Below, one piece after another: positions 36,109 through 44,559 of a stretch of 54,069 nt of DNA. Each line of letters starts with the position of its first letter. Positions within the stretch are counted from its first letter, which is position 1. Source of the DNA: a virus (lineage: Duplodnaviria; Caudoviricetes); the IMG/VR virus record IMGVR_UViG_3300020215_000008, positions 1 through 54,069 of that record, one strand, 5' to 3'. Both the position numbers and the translations under genes were made by a program. The notes beneath the pieces were generated by a model, which saw nothing but the letters and a program-made list of their open reading frames with translations, made no database searches and was not told the DNA's origin.

Positions 36109-36423
36109 ATGCAGAAGTACTACACCTACGCCACCTTGCTCTACAAGGAGGGGACCCTGGCCCACTACGAGGGGGAAGCGGAGCCGCGCGTCTACCTCGC
36201 CTCCGACGTAGACGCCAGCACGAACAAGCTGGAGACCGAGCACGCTTGGGCAATCGGTCAGCACAAGCAAGCGCTCGCCCGCATTGCGGAGCTGGAAGCG
36301 GAAGCGGATCTACTTCGCTCGGATCTTTACCGGTCCTTTCTGATGCGCGGCTTTTCGCAGCACGAAGCACACGCGAGAGTATACGGCGAAGCGACCAGCG
36401 AACTAATGGAACGAAGCGCATGA
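36109..36423 (+). CDS. Hypothetical protein (Ead/Ea22-like coiled coil)
   Basis: VYLASDVD and ARIAELE motifs. Confidence 0.55.
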   Translation: MQKYYTYATLLYKEGTLAHYEGEAEPRVYLASDVDASTNKLETEHAWAIGQHKQALARIAELEAEADLLRSDLYRSFLMRGFSQHEAHARVYGEATSELMERSA

Positions 36424-36614
36424 AGGTCTACACATACGACGATCAGCCGACAGAAAACGTCGATGCTTGGCGGTTCGGCAAAGCGTGCCGCAAGGCCGCG
36501 GCCGACCCGCGGTGTGGCGATTACATCGACCGCGGCTTGATTCTACTGCGTGAACTTCAAGCCCAGGGCTACGGTGTCGTGCGACTCGCACAGGCCAAGG
36601 AGCAAAGCTCGTGA
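36420..36614 (+). CDS. Hypothetical protein
   Basis: ATGA coupling; GDYIDRGLILLREL. Confidence 0.5.
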   Translation: MKVYTYDDQPTENVDAWRFGKACRKAAADPRCGDYIDRGLILLRELQAQGYGVVRLAQAKEQSS

Positions 36615-36823
36615 GAGTCGTATCAAGATCGCGGAACGCCGCGGGCGAAATCACCTATCTCGGCATCGAGTTCACGAACGAAGAGATAACGGACGCACTC
36701 GTGCGCGCTGGATTGGTGCCCGAAGGCATGCGTCCGTACTCGTGGCATGTGGGCAGCCGATGCACGTCTGTTGAATTCGAGCGACCCGAGTTGGGCAAGC
36801 CGGCTGTTCAGGAGAAGCAATGA
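36611..36823 (+). CDS. Hypothetical protein
   Basis: GTGA coupling, AAGGAG RBS. Confidence 0.5.
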   Translation: MRVVSRSRNAAGEITYLGIEFTNEEITDALVRAGLVPEGMRPYSWHVGSRCTSVEFERPELGKPAVQEKQ

Positions 36824-37182
36824 CGCCCGCACAACTCAAGACGGTCGAGTGGCTTGCGAACGGCGAAGTCGGCCTGAGCAGTAGGCAGCTCGCGATGTGG
36901 ATCGCCTTCGATCAGAAAACTGATCGCGGCTTCGGCATAGATCATCCGCATGACCCAGACGACTTGGATCGTTGCTTGATGTATCTGGAGCGCGTTCCGG
37001 AAGCGCGTCCGCATCTGTATCGCATGCGCGAGCTCTCGCCTGCGTGGGCGGCGCTTGTCGATCGGTGGGACGAGATCGAAGCGAGCCACGTTGATGAAGT
37101 CGGACTTGGGTGGACGAAAGCTCGCAGCGCGCCGAAGACATACGCGCTTATGCGCTCGATTCTTGATCCGGTGACCCGCTGA
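36820..37182 (+). CDS. Conserved phage hypothetical protein
   Basis: WLANGEVGLSS and PHDPDDLDRC pattern. Confidence 0.65.
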   Translation: MTPAQLKTVEWLANGEVGLSSRQLAMWIAFDQKTDRGFGIDHPHDPDDLDRCLMYLERVPEARPHLYRMRELSPAWAALVDRWDEIEASHVDEVGLGWTKARSAPKTYALMRSILDPVTR

Positions 37183-37194
37183 GAGCAAGGATAG

Positions 37195-37443
37195 ATGAGT
37201 AGCGAACTAGACGAGCTACAGGCTGTCTTGCGCGATATGGCGCAGGAGATGCACGAAAGGTTCGGTTTCTCCGGCGGAGTGGCTTGTTCCGTGCTTTCGG
37301 AGGCGATCGATCGGCTGAGGAATCGAAGGAAGCCAGGGATTATAACGGCTCAGCACGAAGATACCGGACGTATGTGGACTGGTCAGCGAGATCAGATTCC
37401 GCCTCGATATGCAGAGCTGGGCAAGACAGGCGACGCGTCATGA
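37195..37443 (+). CDS. Hypothetical protein
   Basis: AAGGA RBS. Confidence 0.5.
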   Translation: MSSELDELQAVLRDMAQEMHERFGFSGGVACSVLSEAIDRLRNRRKPGIITAQHEDTGRMWTGQRDQIPPRYAELGKTGDAS

Positions 37444-37673
37444 GCATATGGCTAGTCAAAGTGCGTGCCTATGGAGTTTCTGGCAAGCATATCGTGAAAG
37501 TTGAGCATTCAGTTGTGGTTCAGGCGCCAGACGAAAATGAGGCACAACGACTGGCGCAAGACGCCTCTGACACAGATTTACCGTTCGGGCCAAGGTGGAG
37601 CGAGATCACGCCGATAGAGTGGTCCAAAATCTCCCTGCCGATAATCCTTAATCGTAGTGAGAAATGGGTATAG
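37440..37673 (+). CDS. Hypothetical protein
   Basis: ATGA coupling. Confidence 0.5.
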   Translation: MSIWLVKVRAYGVSGKHIVKVEHSVVVQAPDENEAQRLAQDASDTDLPFGPRWSEITPIEWSKISLPIILNRSEKWV

Positions 37674-37705
37674 CCAGAGCATGAGTGATCAACAGGAAGC
37701 GGACA

Positions 37706-37909
37706 ATGAGTAACGGCAGCGGAGTTCAAAAGCGCGCCCGCATGAACTGCGTCCATGCCTTCAGGCTGAAGCAATCCGGGATGACGAACCGAGAGATCGC
37801 CGCGACCCTCGGGAAGTCGATAGACGCTATCCCTGGAATGCTGAAGGTCGGCGAACGTTTTTCGGACGACCCAGCCCTGCATACGATCAAGCAGAGCTTC
37901 GTTGAGTGA
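37706..37909 (+). CDS. Small HTH protein
   Basis: GMTNREIAATLGKS. Confidence 0.6.
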   Translation: MSNGSGVQKRARMNCVHAFRLKQSGMTNREIAATLGKSIDAIPGMLKVGERFSDDPALHTIKQSFVE

Positions 37910-38138
37910 CGGAGCTGTGACGACACTAACCGAATACATAGAAGCCTACGGGCGTGTGCGCTGGAAAGCTGAAACGTTTCGCGAGTTCGGCTGGCGCAGC
38001 AATCGGGCGCCGTATAGGCAGCCCTATATCGCCTGCTATGGCGCGCCACGCTACCTCGGAAGAGGGAGGCGATTTGTGCCGCGGCTTGCCTACCAGGAAC
38101 GCCGACCGGGCGGGCTGCTGGATCGTCGGCAGGGGTGA
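37902..38138 (+). CDS. Hypothetical protein
   Basis: Overlapping ORF in the early operon. Confidence 0.35.
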   Translation: MSDGAVTTLTEYIEAYGRVRWKAETFREFGWRSNRAPYRQPYIACYGAPRYLGRGRRFVPRLAYQERRPGGLLDRRQG

Positions 38139-38245
38139 CGCGATACGTCGACGTCATTTGCCACCAACCGTGCCGGGCGCGTTGGCCTGCAGAACTCCCG
38201 GCGTTTTTCGAGTGAGCAATGAGAGTATGGGCTACTGAGACGAGC

Positions 38246-38524
38246 ATGCCGATTCTGACAGTTGAACAAGTCGCCGAACGCTATCAGGTGGAGACATCCA
38301 CGGTACGCGAGTGGGCGCGTACAGGGGCTAAGCCTGCTTTCAAGATCGGCAAGCTGTGGCGGTTTAGAGAAGAAGATTTAGAGGAACACGACCGATGCTC
38401 TACAAACGGAGCAAGAAAGCCGGAAGCCCCTGGTGGGTCCGGTTCACCATTCGTGGGCGGGAGATCCGCGTCACGAGTGGCACAACTAGCAAGACGCTTG
38501 CGGAAGAATTTGAACGCCGCTTAA
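38246..38524 (+). CDS. xis: Excisionase (MerR-like HTH), tail overlapping int
   Basis: LTVEQVAERYQV..STVREW...KIGKLWRF. Confidence 0.8.
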   Translation: MPILTVEQVAERYQVETSTVREWARTGAKPAFKIGKLWRFREEDLEEHDRCSTNGARKPEAPGGSGSPFVGGRSASRVAQLARRLRKNLNAA

Positions 38525-39441
38525 GAGAACAGATTTGGCGGGAGACTGAACTTGGCGAAGTCCAATACTCGTGGGAAGACGCGAAAGAACGCTGGCTCAA
38601 AGAGAAGGAGCATAAGCGTTCCATCGCTCGAGATCGGCAAGCGTTTGCCGCCCTTGACCCTTACCTATCAGGGAAAGCCCTGTGCGACATTGACGCTAAC
38701 GCTCTCGCGGCAGTCGCTACTGCTTTGCGCAACGACCCAAATGCTCGGGGCGGAAGGCGAAGGTCTGCTGGGACAGCCAACCGCATCTTGGCTGTGGCTA
38801 GATCAACGCTTCATGCTTCCACAAAGTGGGGCTGGCTCGCGCACGCGCCGAAAGTAGAGGCCCAACATGTCGAAAAACACGACCCGCGATTCCTTACTCG
38901 AGCCGAGTTTGACCGCTTGGCCAGCGAGCTTCCTAAGCACCTTGCGCGGATGGCTCGCTTCGCGGTTGCTACAGGACTTCGATGGTCGAATATATCGGGA
39001 CTGCGATGGGCAATGGTGGACCTTGAGCGCTCCGTTGCCTATATCCCGAGTGGCGAGACCAAGACCAGGAAAGCGATTCCAGTCCCACTCTCAACAGACG
39101 CCAGAGCACTCCTCAATCAAGCCCTTCGGGATGCCCCAGGAAGCACTGAATACGTTTTTAAGGACCACCTTGGACGAGCTCCTGTCGGCTCTCCGAAAAC
39201 AGCGTGGCGCAAAGCGTGTAAACGCGCGGGGCTCGAAGGCGTCAGGTTCCACGATCTGAGGCACACGTGGGCAGCGTGGCACACCATAGCGGGTACTCCG
39301 CCGATCATTCTGAAGGAGCTCGGCGGGTGGTCGTCGCTCGCGATGGTGGAGCGTTACAGCGCCCTCAATCCGGGTCATCTGAGCGAGTGGGCGGACAACA
39401 TTTCCCGTACACAGGACGGCACACGGTCGAGCGAGAAGTGA
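38395..39441 (+). CDS. int: Tyrosine integrase, P22 Int-like
   Basis: TGLR, TKT, FHDLRHTWA, LGGW and RY catalytic motifs; N-terminal arm-binding domain. Confidence 0.95.
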   Translation: MLYKRSKKAGSPWWVRFTIRGREIRVTSGTTSKTLAEEFERRLREQIWRETELGEVQYSWEDAKERWLKEKEHKRSIARDRQAFAALDPYLSGKALCDIDANALAAVATALRNDPNARGGRRRSAGTANRILAVARSTLHASTKWGWLAHAPKVEAQHVEKHDPRFLTRAEFDRLASELPKHLARMARFAVATGLRWSNISGLRWAMVDLERSVAYIPSGETKTRKAIPVPLSTDARALLNQALRDAPGSTEYVFKDHLGRAPVGSPKTAWRKACKRAGLEGVRFHDLRHTWAAWHTIAGTPPIILKELGGWSSLAMVERYSALNPGHLSEWADNISRTQDGTRSSEK

Positions 39442-39631
39442 AGGAAACGCCGTGTTTTATAGGGTTTTTCTGAGGTGGGTAGCAGCATTACGAATGCGCT
39501 GCTCTACCAACTGAGCTACTCCGGCGCTTTTAGAATCAACCGCTTAGCTGTGCTGCTCTGCGGCATACGGTCAAAGTGTAGCGGTTTTTGTGCCTCTTTT
39601 TGACCCTGTGCCGTACAAAAAACGGCACACG
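39405..39631. other. attP: arm-type repeats, core and IHF site
   Basis: 21-bp repeats CCGTACA....ACGGCACACG at 39405 and 39611 (18/21 identical); AATCAAccgcTTA at 39534 matches the IHF consensus WATCAANNNNTTR. Confidence 0.85.
39485..39525 (-). pseudogene. 5' half of tRNA-Thr(CGT) (attP core), not a complete tRNA
   Basis: GCCGGAGTAGCTCAGTTGGTAGAGCAGCGCATTCGTAATGC, then unrelated sequence with no T-arm. Confidence 0.9.
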
Positions 39632-39644
39632 CGGAATTGTAGCA
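39630..39644 (-). promoter_or_regulatory. Candidate extended -10 promoter facing the tRNA half
   Basis: TGcTACAAT followed by GC-rich TCCGCG; no good -35. Confidence 0.45.
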
Positions 39645-39687
39645 AAATGGGGGCGCGGATAGTGTGGTGTCCGAGGGTAACGCACAC

Positions 39688-40119
39688 ATGATTAAAGCCA
39701 CTCCGTCACTTGTCCAGATCCGCTGGGAGGAGCAGCAGGGTCGGTGTTGGATATGTGGCTGCCGGATGGAGCTTCACGACCGTCGCAGCCCGCGCTACCG
39801 GTCTATAGATCATGTGCTTCCACTGTCGAGGGGAGGCTTGAATAGGCCATGCAACAAGCTGCTTGCGTGCCGTCAATGCAATACCGACAGGGGCAACGCA
39901 TTGCCGGAGGATGAAGCAGCAGCCGAAAGGCGCGTTCGCTACTTTCTCAGTCGTCCGCAAAACTACGCTCGCTTGGGGCGATCGATCCCAAAGGGCAGTG
40001 GCATCAAGAAGCTTTGGCGAACGGTCATTAAGTCTGCCCATAAGCATGGCGAGGCCGAAAAGGCGGTAGCCGATGTATTCGGCCCCCAGCGTGGCCTTGG
40101 CCGCCCTTGGGATGAATAA
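39688..40119 (+). CDS. HNH endonuclease
   Basis: CWICG, IDHVLPLSRGG and N...ACRQCN motifs. Confidence 0.85.
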   Translation: MIKATPSLVQIRWEEQQGRCWICGCRMELHDRRSPRYRSIDHVLPLSRGGLNRPCNKLLACRQCNTDRGNALPEDEAAAERRVRYFLSRPQNYARLGRSIPKGSGIKKLWRTVIKSAHKHGEAEKAVADVFGPQRGLGRPWDE

Positions 40120-40136
40120 CTTCCTGGGAGAACGAT

Positions 40137-40382
40137 GTGGACATTGAGGAAGCAAAGCGACGGCTGAGAGAGGCCGGCGTCGAGGGTTACTTCGAACCGG
40201 AGGATAGGCACGCGGATGCATTCCTACTGGGTGGCTGGTACAGCCTCAAAGATCTTGAGGCGATCCTGGGCGTGATGCGAGAACTGCATCCCGAGATGAC
40301 ATCGCCGCTAGATCTTGCTTTCAATGACGAGAACGCACCGATCGTCAATGATGCCCTTCGCAAACTGGGAACACCCGAGTAG
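40137..40382 (+). CDS. Hypothetical protein
   Basis: GGAG RBS. Confidence 0.5.
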   Translation: MDIEEAKRRLREAGVEGYFEPEDRHADAFLLGGWYSLKDLEAILGVMRELHPEMTSPLDLAFNDENAPIVNDALRKLGTPE

Positions 40383-40387
40383 GAGAC

Positions 40388-40609
40388 ATGCGAGTCATGA
40401 GCACATTGCTTGGTTGGACGTGGGACCAGTGGGCCATCGCCGCAGGGCACTATGGCGCACCGCCAGATGTGTCATGGGAGTCCGCACTTGATCTGCAAAA
40501 GCGGTGGAGGTTGCAGTACACAACAGATCCCGGCGCCATAGCCTTCGAGGGGATTACCCCGAACAGGGATCACGAGTTCGCCGTTGCCTTGTTTAGTATC
40601 GCCCCGTAG
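40388..40609 (+). CDS. Hypothetical protein
   Basis: AGGAG RBS. Confidence 0.5.
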   Translation: MRVMSTLLGWTWDQWAIAAGHYGAPPDVSWESALDLQKRWRLQYTTDPGAIAFEGITPNRDHEFAVALFSIAP

Positions 40610-40617
40610 GAGAAGCT

Positions 40618-40899
40618 GTGCAGTGGATCCCGTGTAAAGAGCGTCTACCTAAGCACCACATGCGAGTAGCTGTGCTTGCCACGAATCCGAACTACCAGTT
40701 CGGGTATCACCAGGTGCTTGCCGGTTGGTTTATCGAAAGGTACTACGATACGGTCATTAACGAGTTCCGACTGACCGATGCGTCCCTAGGTTGGCGCGTC
40801 ACGCATTGGATGGAGTTGCCAAACAATCCAGAGCAATTGCCAGGCCCATTCGATGACGGGTATGAGGACCTGCATTCATGGTCCAGAACGGTTCCCTAA
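40618..40899 (+). CDS. DUF551-family protein
   Basis: WIPCKERLP and VTHWMELP motifs. Confidence 0.8.
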   Translation: MQWIPCKERLPKHHMRVAVLATNPNYQFGYHQVLAGWFIERYYDTVINEFRLTDASLGWRVTHWMELPNNPEQLPGPFDDGYEDLHSWSRTVP

Positions 40900-40924
40900 A
40901 CAAGCCCCTAGAAGACAGCAAGTC

Positions 40925-41110
40925 ATGAACGAAGCAGAGATTGAACATACGATCATGCAGATCCGCGAACTGCGCAGGACGGCATCTGCTGCTACTTCTG
41001 CCGCGGATAGCATGGAGCTCCGCCTTCTAAACGCAGGGATCGAACTTGAGTTTTTTGAGTCGCACACGAGCTGGCGACGCACGCGACCCGCTCGCAGTCC
41101 CACGCCGTAG
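40925..41110 (+). CDS. Hypothetical protein
   Basis: Helical 61-aa ORF. Confidence 0.45.
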   Translation: MNEAEIEHTIMQIRELRRTASAATSAADSMELRLLNAGIELEFFESHTSWRRTRPARSPTP

Positions 41111-41119
41111 GAGTGAGCT

Positions 41120-41320
41120 GTGCAAGTTCGAGTAGACCACCTAACGCCGTGCTGCGGATCACAGCCTAGTCTCGACACGTGGGACCACAAGGAAGGGCGG
41201 AGCGTGAGGTGCGCCCACTGCGGGCGACGCACTGACTCATATTTCCAGCGAGAACACGCCTACGAAGAGTGGGAGCGCATCGTCAAGAAACCAAAGCGTA
41301 GAGCAACTGCCAACACATGA
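41120..41320 (+). CDS. Lar-like (restriction alleviation) zinc-ribbon protein
   Basis: LTPCCG...VRCAHCG...AYEEWE pattern. Confidence 0.55.
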   Translation: MQVRVDHLTPCCGSQPSLDTWDHKEGRSVRCAHCGRRTDSYFQREHAYEEWERIVKKPKRRATANT

Positions 41321-41490
41321 GCGAATCGACGGACGAGCGCACTGCGGGCGAGGTATTCGAAAGAGTGCTCGGCATCCTGCGGCCCGAGCTGCAGAGAAAG
41401 CTGGGTGATTTCGAAACGGCTCAATTACTCCAGCGTGTGCGCGACGAGTGGCGCAGAGCAGCGGACAGCGCAAACCATGAACAGCCGTAA
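41317..41490 (+). CDS. Hypothetical 57-aa protein, not in the ORF track
   Basis: ATGA coupling; MSESTDERTAGEVFERVL... Confidence 0.45.
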   Translation: MSESTDERTAGEVFERVLGILRPELQRKLGDFETAQLLQRVRDEWRRAADSANHEQP

Positions 41491-41689
41491 GCACGCGAGA
41501 CTGAGAGCCTGGCAACAGGTATGCCGATGGAAAAAACGGATGATGCGCCTGGCCCGCGTCAATGCGGCTTTCGGGATTGGCATCACTACCGGCGACTCAC
41601 TATGACTGTGGAGGCTGGCCACGTAGCCCACGGGCCGCATTCACAGCTGGATAGCGACGTTCTGTAGCCCCCAGGATGCTGAGCTCGCG

Positions 41690-41887
41690 ATGACGGAGAA
41701 ACCTGACATTCAGGAGATGATACGGCTACACATGGAAGCAGAAGCCAAGATCGAAACTCTCACGCTTGAGGCAAGTGCACGATTCGAGGCTGGAGATCAC
41801 GAAGGTGCCCGCCGGATCCTAGACCAAGCCTATGAAATCAAACGAAGGAAGGAAGAAATCGAAGCGTTTTACGGCGGGAACGATTAG
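41690..41887 (+). CDS. Hypothetical protein
   Basis: 65-aa helical ORF. Confidence 0.5.
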   Translation: MTEKPDIQEMIRLHMEAEAKIETLTLEASARFEAGDHEGARRILDQAYEIKRRKEEIEAFYGGND

Positions 41888-41978
41888 GTGAATCCCGCAT
41901 TTCTACGGCATGGGCCGCTGGACTCGGTGGATCCGCGTAGGACCTAGTGCCGTAAGTCGCGCACGCTGGCAGCGGCCC

Positions 41979-42227
41979 TCACTTTTGTTCGCAGGTTCGC
42001 TCCCACTGCTCATTAAGCATCAAAATTTGGCGCGCAGTATCGTCGGTCAACACGTCCTCTCGGCTGACCATGATCGGCTGCACCCAAGAGCACGCCGTAT
42101 CAATCACGCTGTTGGTGTGTGAGCAACCAGGCAGAAAAAGAACCGCTATAATCGCTGCATGAAAACGTGCGAAGCATGCGGTGAAAAGTTTTGGCCGCAC
42201 TGGATTCTTCTTTCGATCGAACCTCAT
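41979..42227 (-). CDS. Outer-membrane spanin (Rz1-like lipoprotein)
   Basis: Lipobox LPGC, then DTACSWVQPI...DVLTDDTARQIL..N; start uncertain. Confidence 0.65.
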   Translation of the reverse strand: MRFDRKKNPVRPKLFTACFARFHAAIIAVLFLPGCSHTNSVIDTACSWVQPIMVSREDVLTDDTARQILMLNEQWERTCEQK

Positions 42228-42332
42228 ACTGTACTGGCTGCTCGCTTCGGAGTTCATGACACGACAATCCTCCGCATTCGAAAGCGCCGGGCGTGGAAGA
42301 GTCTGACTAGTCCCGCTGCCATTTCTTCCTAA
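42159..42332 (+). pseudogene. Internally deleted HNH homing-endonuclease-like remnant, antisense in the spanin locus
   Basis: MKTCEACGEKF zinc-knuckle start fused to LAARFGVHDTTILRIRKRRAWK HTH; TATAAT 6 nt before the ATG. Confidence 0.55.
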
Positions 42333-42567
42333 GCCGCTCGTGCACATCGCTATCAGGCAGGCGGCTAACCTCAGATTTAACATCGACAGTCTCCCGGATA
42401 GTTGCAGCATGTTTCTGCGCTTCGGCCAGGTCCTCTTGGGTGGCCTTCTTCTGCTCGACTGCCTTCCCAGCTGAGCGACCGCGAAAGTACACCGCTGCCA
42501 GTGCTGCTAGCGCCATCAATAGTCCGATGATCCAGCTTGAGAACCTCGCCCATAGTCCCGCGATCAT
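42307..42567 (-). CDS. Inner-membrane spanin (Rz-like)
   Basis: N-terminal TM helix, coiled coil, LRKKWQRD end. Confidence 0.7.
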   Translation of the reverse strand: MIAGLWARFSSWIIGLLMALAALAAVYFRGRSAGKAVEQKKATQEDLAEAQKHAATIRETVDVKSEVSRLPDSDVHERLRKKWQRD

Positions 42568-42815
42568 GGCTTGCCCTCGTATTCCATCTCGATTAGCAGT
42601 CGCAAAGAATGGATGGCTTTCTCCAAATCCTCCCGTCCGTTCTTCTGAGCATGCCGCAACACCCGGTAGATGATCTCCCCCTCTAAATGCGGCACCTTGT
42701 TTGCTCGCAGGAACTCCGCAGGCTGAATCGCTAGGTTTTTGTAATGCTCCCCGCCGACCTGTTCTGTAAATGCACTGCGCGATTCACGCGCAGCATCTTC
42801 CATCCCCCCACTCAT
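42564..42815 (-). CDS. DUF3310-family protein
   Basis: QVGGEHY...IQP...KNGREDLEKA. Confidence 0.85.
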   Translation of the reverse strand: MSGGMEDAARESRSAFTEQVGGEHYKNLAIQPAEFLRANKVPHLEGEIIYRVLRHAQKNGREDLEKAIHSLRLLIEMEYEGKP

Positions 42816-43933
42816 GCAGCCTCCTTCAGCATCGCGACGTCGAACCGATGACGCGCGAACTCACCAAACTCTTTATGGAAAACGATTGATGTCATGTCAC
42901 GCCCTGATCGATAGCCGCTCGATTGCGCCCACCCGTCTCGAGCAGCGAGCGTCCTGAACGTCTCCCACATCACTCCAGGTAATTCGAGTACGCTTCTGTT
43001 GTGAACATGTCCAGTCATCCAGTAGCGGAACTTTGTTGCGCCCCATAGTTCGGGCTTGTCCGCTGCCATGACTCCTTGGAGCTTCTCGGGTTTCCCAGTA
43101 TCTCCATGCGTCACGCCGATTAGGACCTTGCCAAAGTGGTGATAGTGAAACTTCCCCGGTGTTCGATCGATTTGCACGCGCGGGTTTTTTTCATAGAGCA
43201 AGGACAGCGCAAGCGATAGCCATTGAGCTCCGATGTCGTCATGATTCCCTGGAGTACAGATCACGCGGACCTGTTTGTGCTTGTGCAGAGCTAGGTCAAT
43301 ACAAGTGCGTAACATGTCGACGCCCGCATCGATCATCAGTTGATACCGGGTGTCAACGTCCAGGGTGTGGTGTGATCTCGATGTTTCGTTCTTCAGGTTG
43401 TCGACGTGAAAGAAGTCTCCAACGTTGATTATCAGGCCGGTCTCGGTGTCCGGTGTAACGTTCAGTAAATGCTCAGTCGCAGACACCAGAAGGCGTCTTG
43501 CGATCTTGATGTCATAGTCGTCCCCGGTCTCTTCGCCCCACGCGTACATCCCCGTGTGGTGGTCACCGATTGGGTAAACCGCGAGCAGATCCGCCGACCG
43601 AACCCGCTTGGACATCGGGATTGGCGCAACACGTTCGACGTTGGCGAAAACATCCTTGACGGATTGCTCCCACTGCGCGAATGTCTGGTCCTCCTTTGTT
43701 GCCTTCACCCACTGAAGCTTCACCTGTCCATCCGGGCCGTACAGTGTCGATGTGCCAGAAGTTCCAAGCTTCGCGTCCGCTTTGATGTTCCTCCGCTTCG
43801 CCTCGCGTAGTCGGTTCTCCAAAGTCGCTCGTGGAATGTTCAATGCAAATGCAGCTGCAGTAATCGTTCCGCTTCTTGCAACTTGATCAACTGCTTCCTG
43901 CAGTAGCTCGTTAGCCAAGGGTTTCTGTGCCAT
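42812..43933 (-). CDS. Calcineurin-like metallophosphoesterase with N-terminal HTH
   Basis: GDHH, GDFFH, GNHD, THGD and GHVH motifs. Confidence 0.85.
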   Translation of the reverse strand: MAQKPLANELLQEAVDQVARSGTITAAAFALNIPRATLENRLREAKRRNIKADAKLGTSGTSTLYGPDGQVKLQWVKATKEDQTFAQWEQSVKDVFANVERVAPIPMSKRVRSADLLAVYPIGDHHTGMYAWGEETGDDYDIKIARRLLVSATEHLLNVTPDTETGLIINVGDFFHVDNLKNETSRSHHTLDVDTRYQLMIDAGVDMLRTCIDLALHKHKQVRVICTPGNHDDIGAQWLSLALSLLYEKNPRVQIDRTPGKFHYHHFGKVLIGVTHGDTGKPEKLQGVMAADKPELWGATKFRYWMTGHVHNRSVLELPGVMWETFRTLAARDGWAQSSGYRSGRDMTSIVFHKEFGEFARHRFDVAMLKEAA

Positions 43934-44260
43934 TCAAATCCTCATCGTCGCCGTAAGCAGTGCTTGTGCCAAAAAACCGGCAAACCGATCGACGAACGCC
44001 TCGTTCTTACTGAGTCGCTTTGACAGCTTGTCGCCCATGGAATCTAGGATGGCGTGCACCATCTCGTGCGTAAGCGTGTGGAATTTCATTGACGGCGGCT
44101 GATCACGTAGGATGATGATTGCCTGGTCTTGGTATCGCCACGCGCCAATGGCTCCGTCGATCTCGTAATCTTCTGTAAGCGCCTCCCATTCCTTCTTGCC
44201 GACTACTCGCACAGTGACTGTATGTGTTCCGAGCTTGAAGGTTTTAGGGATGCGCTTCAC
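43934..44260 (-). CDS. Small HExxH zinc metallopeptidase-like protein
   Basis: TLTHEMVHAI...NEAFVD; GTGA coupling. Confidence 0.7.
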   Translation of the reverse strand: MKRIPKTFKLGTHTVTVRVVGKKEWEALTEDYEIDGAIGAWRYQDQAIIILRDQPPSMKFHTLTHEMVHAILDSMGDKLSKRLSKNEAFVDRFAGFLAQALLTATMRI

Positions 44261-44559
44261 CGCGCGCCCTTCCCGGTAAAGAGCGATGGCAACTTGCCTG
44301 CGAGCGATGAGCCCATGTAGCCCGCGGTAAGTGCACCCAGGTTTGTCATTGAGACTTGCATACCAAGGGCAGGCGCGAGCTCTGGCAGCACCAATAGCGT
44401 GGCGGCGGTGCCAATTGCCGCAGACAACCAGCCTGGCCAATCCTGTGATACATATACGACCGGCGATACCTTCTCAGTCGTCCGCCAGTATTCGCCGTAC
44501 CTTCCAAGAAAATGCAGAGCAAACCCTGCGAGGCAGAGCAAGACCATTGTGACCGTCAT
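44257..44559 (-). CDS. Putative holin (3 TM)
   Basis: Three hydrophobic segments, coupled to the endolysin stop (TAATG). Confidence 0.55.
   Translation of the reverse strand: MTVTMVLLCLAGFALHFLGRYGEYWRTTEKVSPVVYVSQDWPGWLSAAIGTAATLLVLPELAPALGMQVSMTNLGALTAGYMGSSLAGKLPSLFTGKGAR

Noticed and set aside
39485-39525. Functional phage tRNA-Thr gene
   Set aside because: No variable loop, T-arm or 3' acceptor strand; it is the attP core
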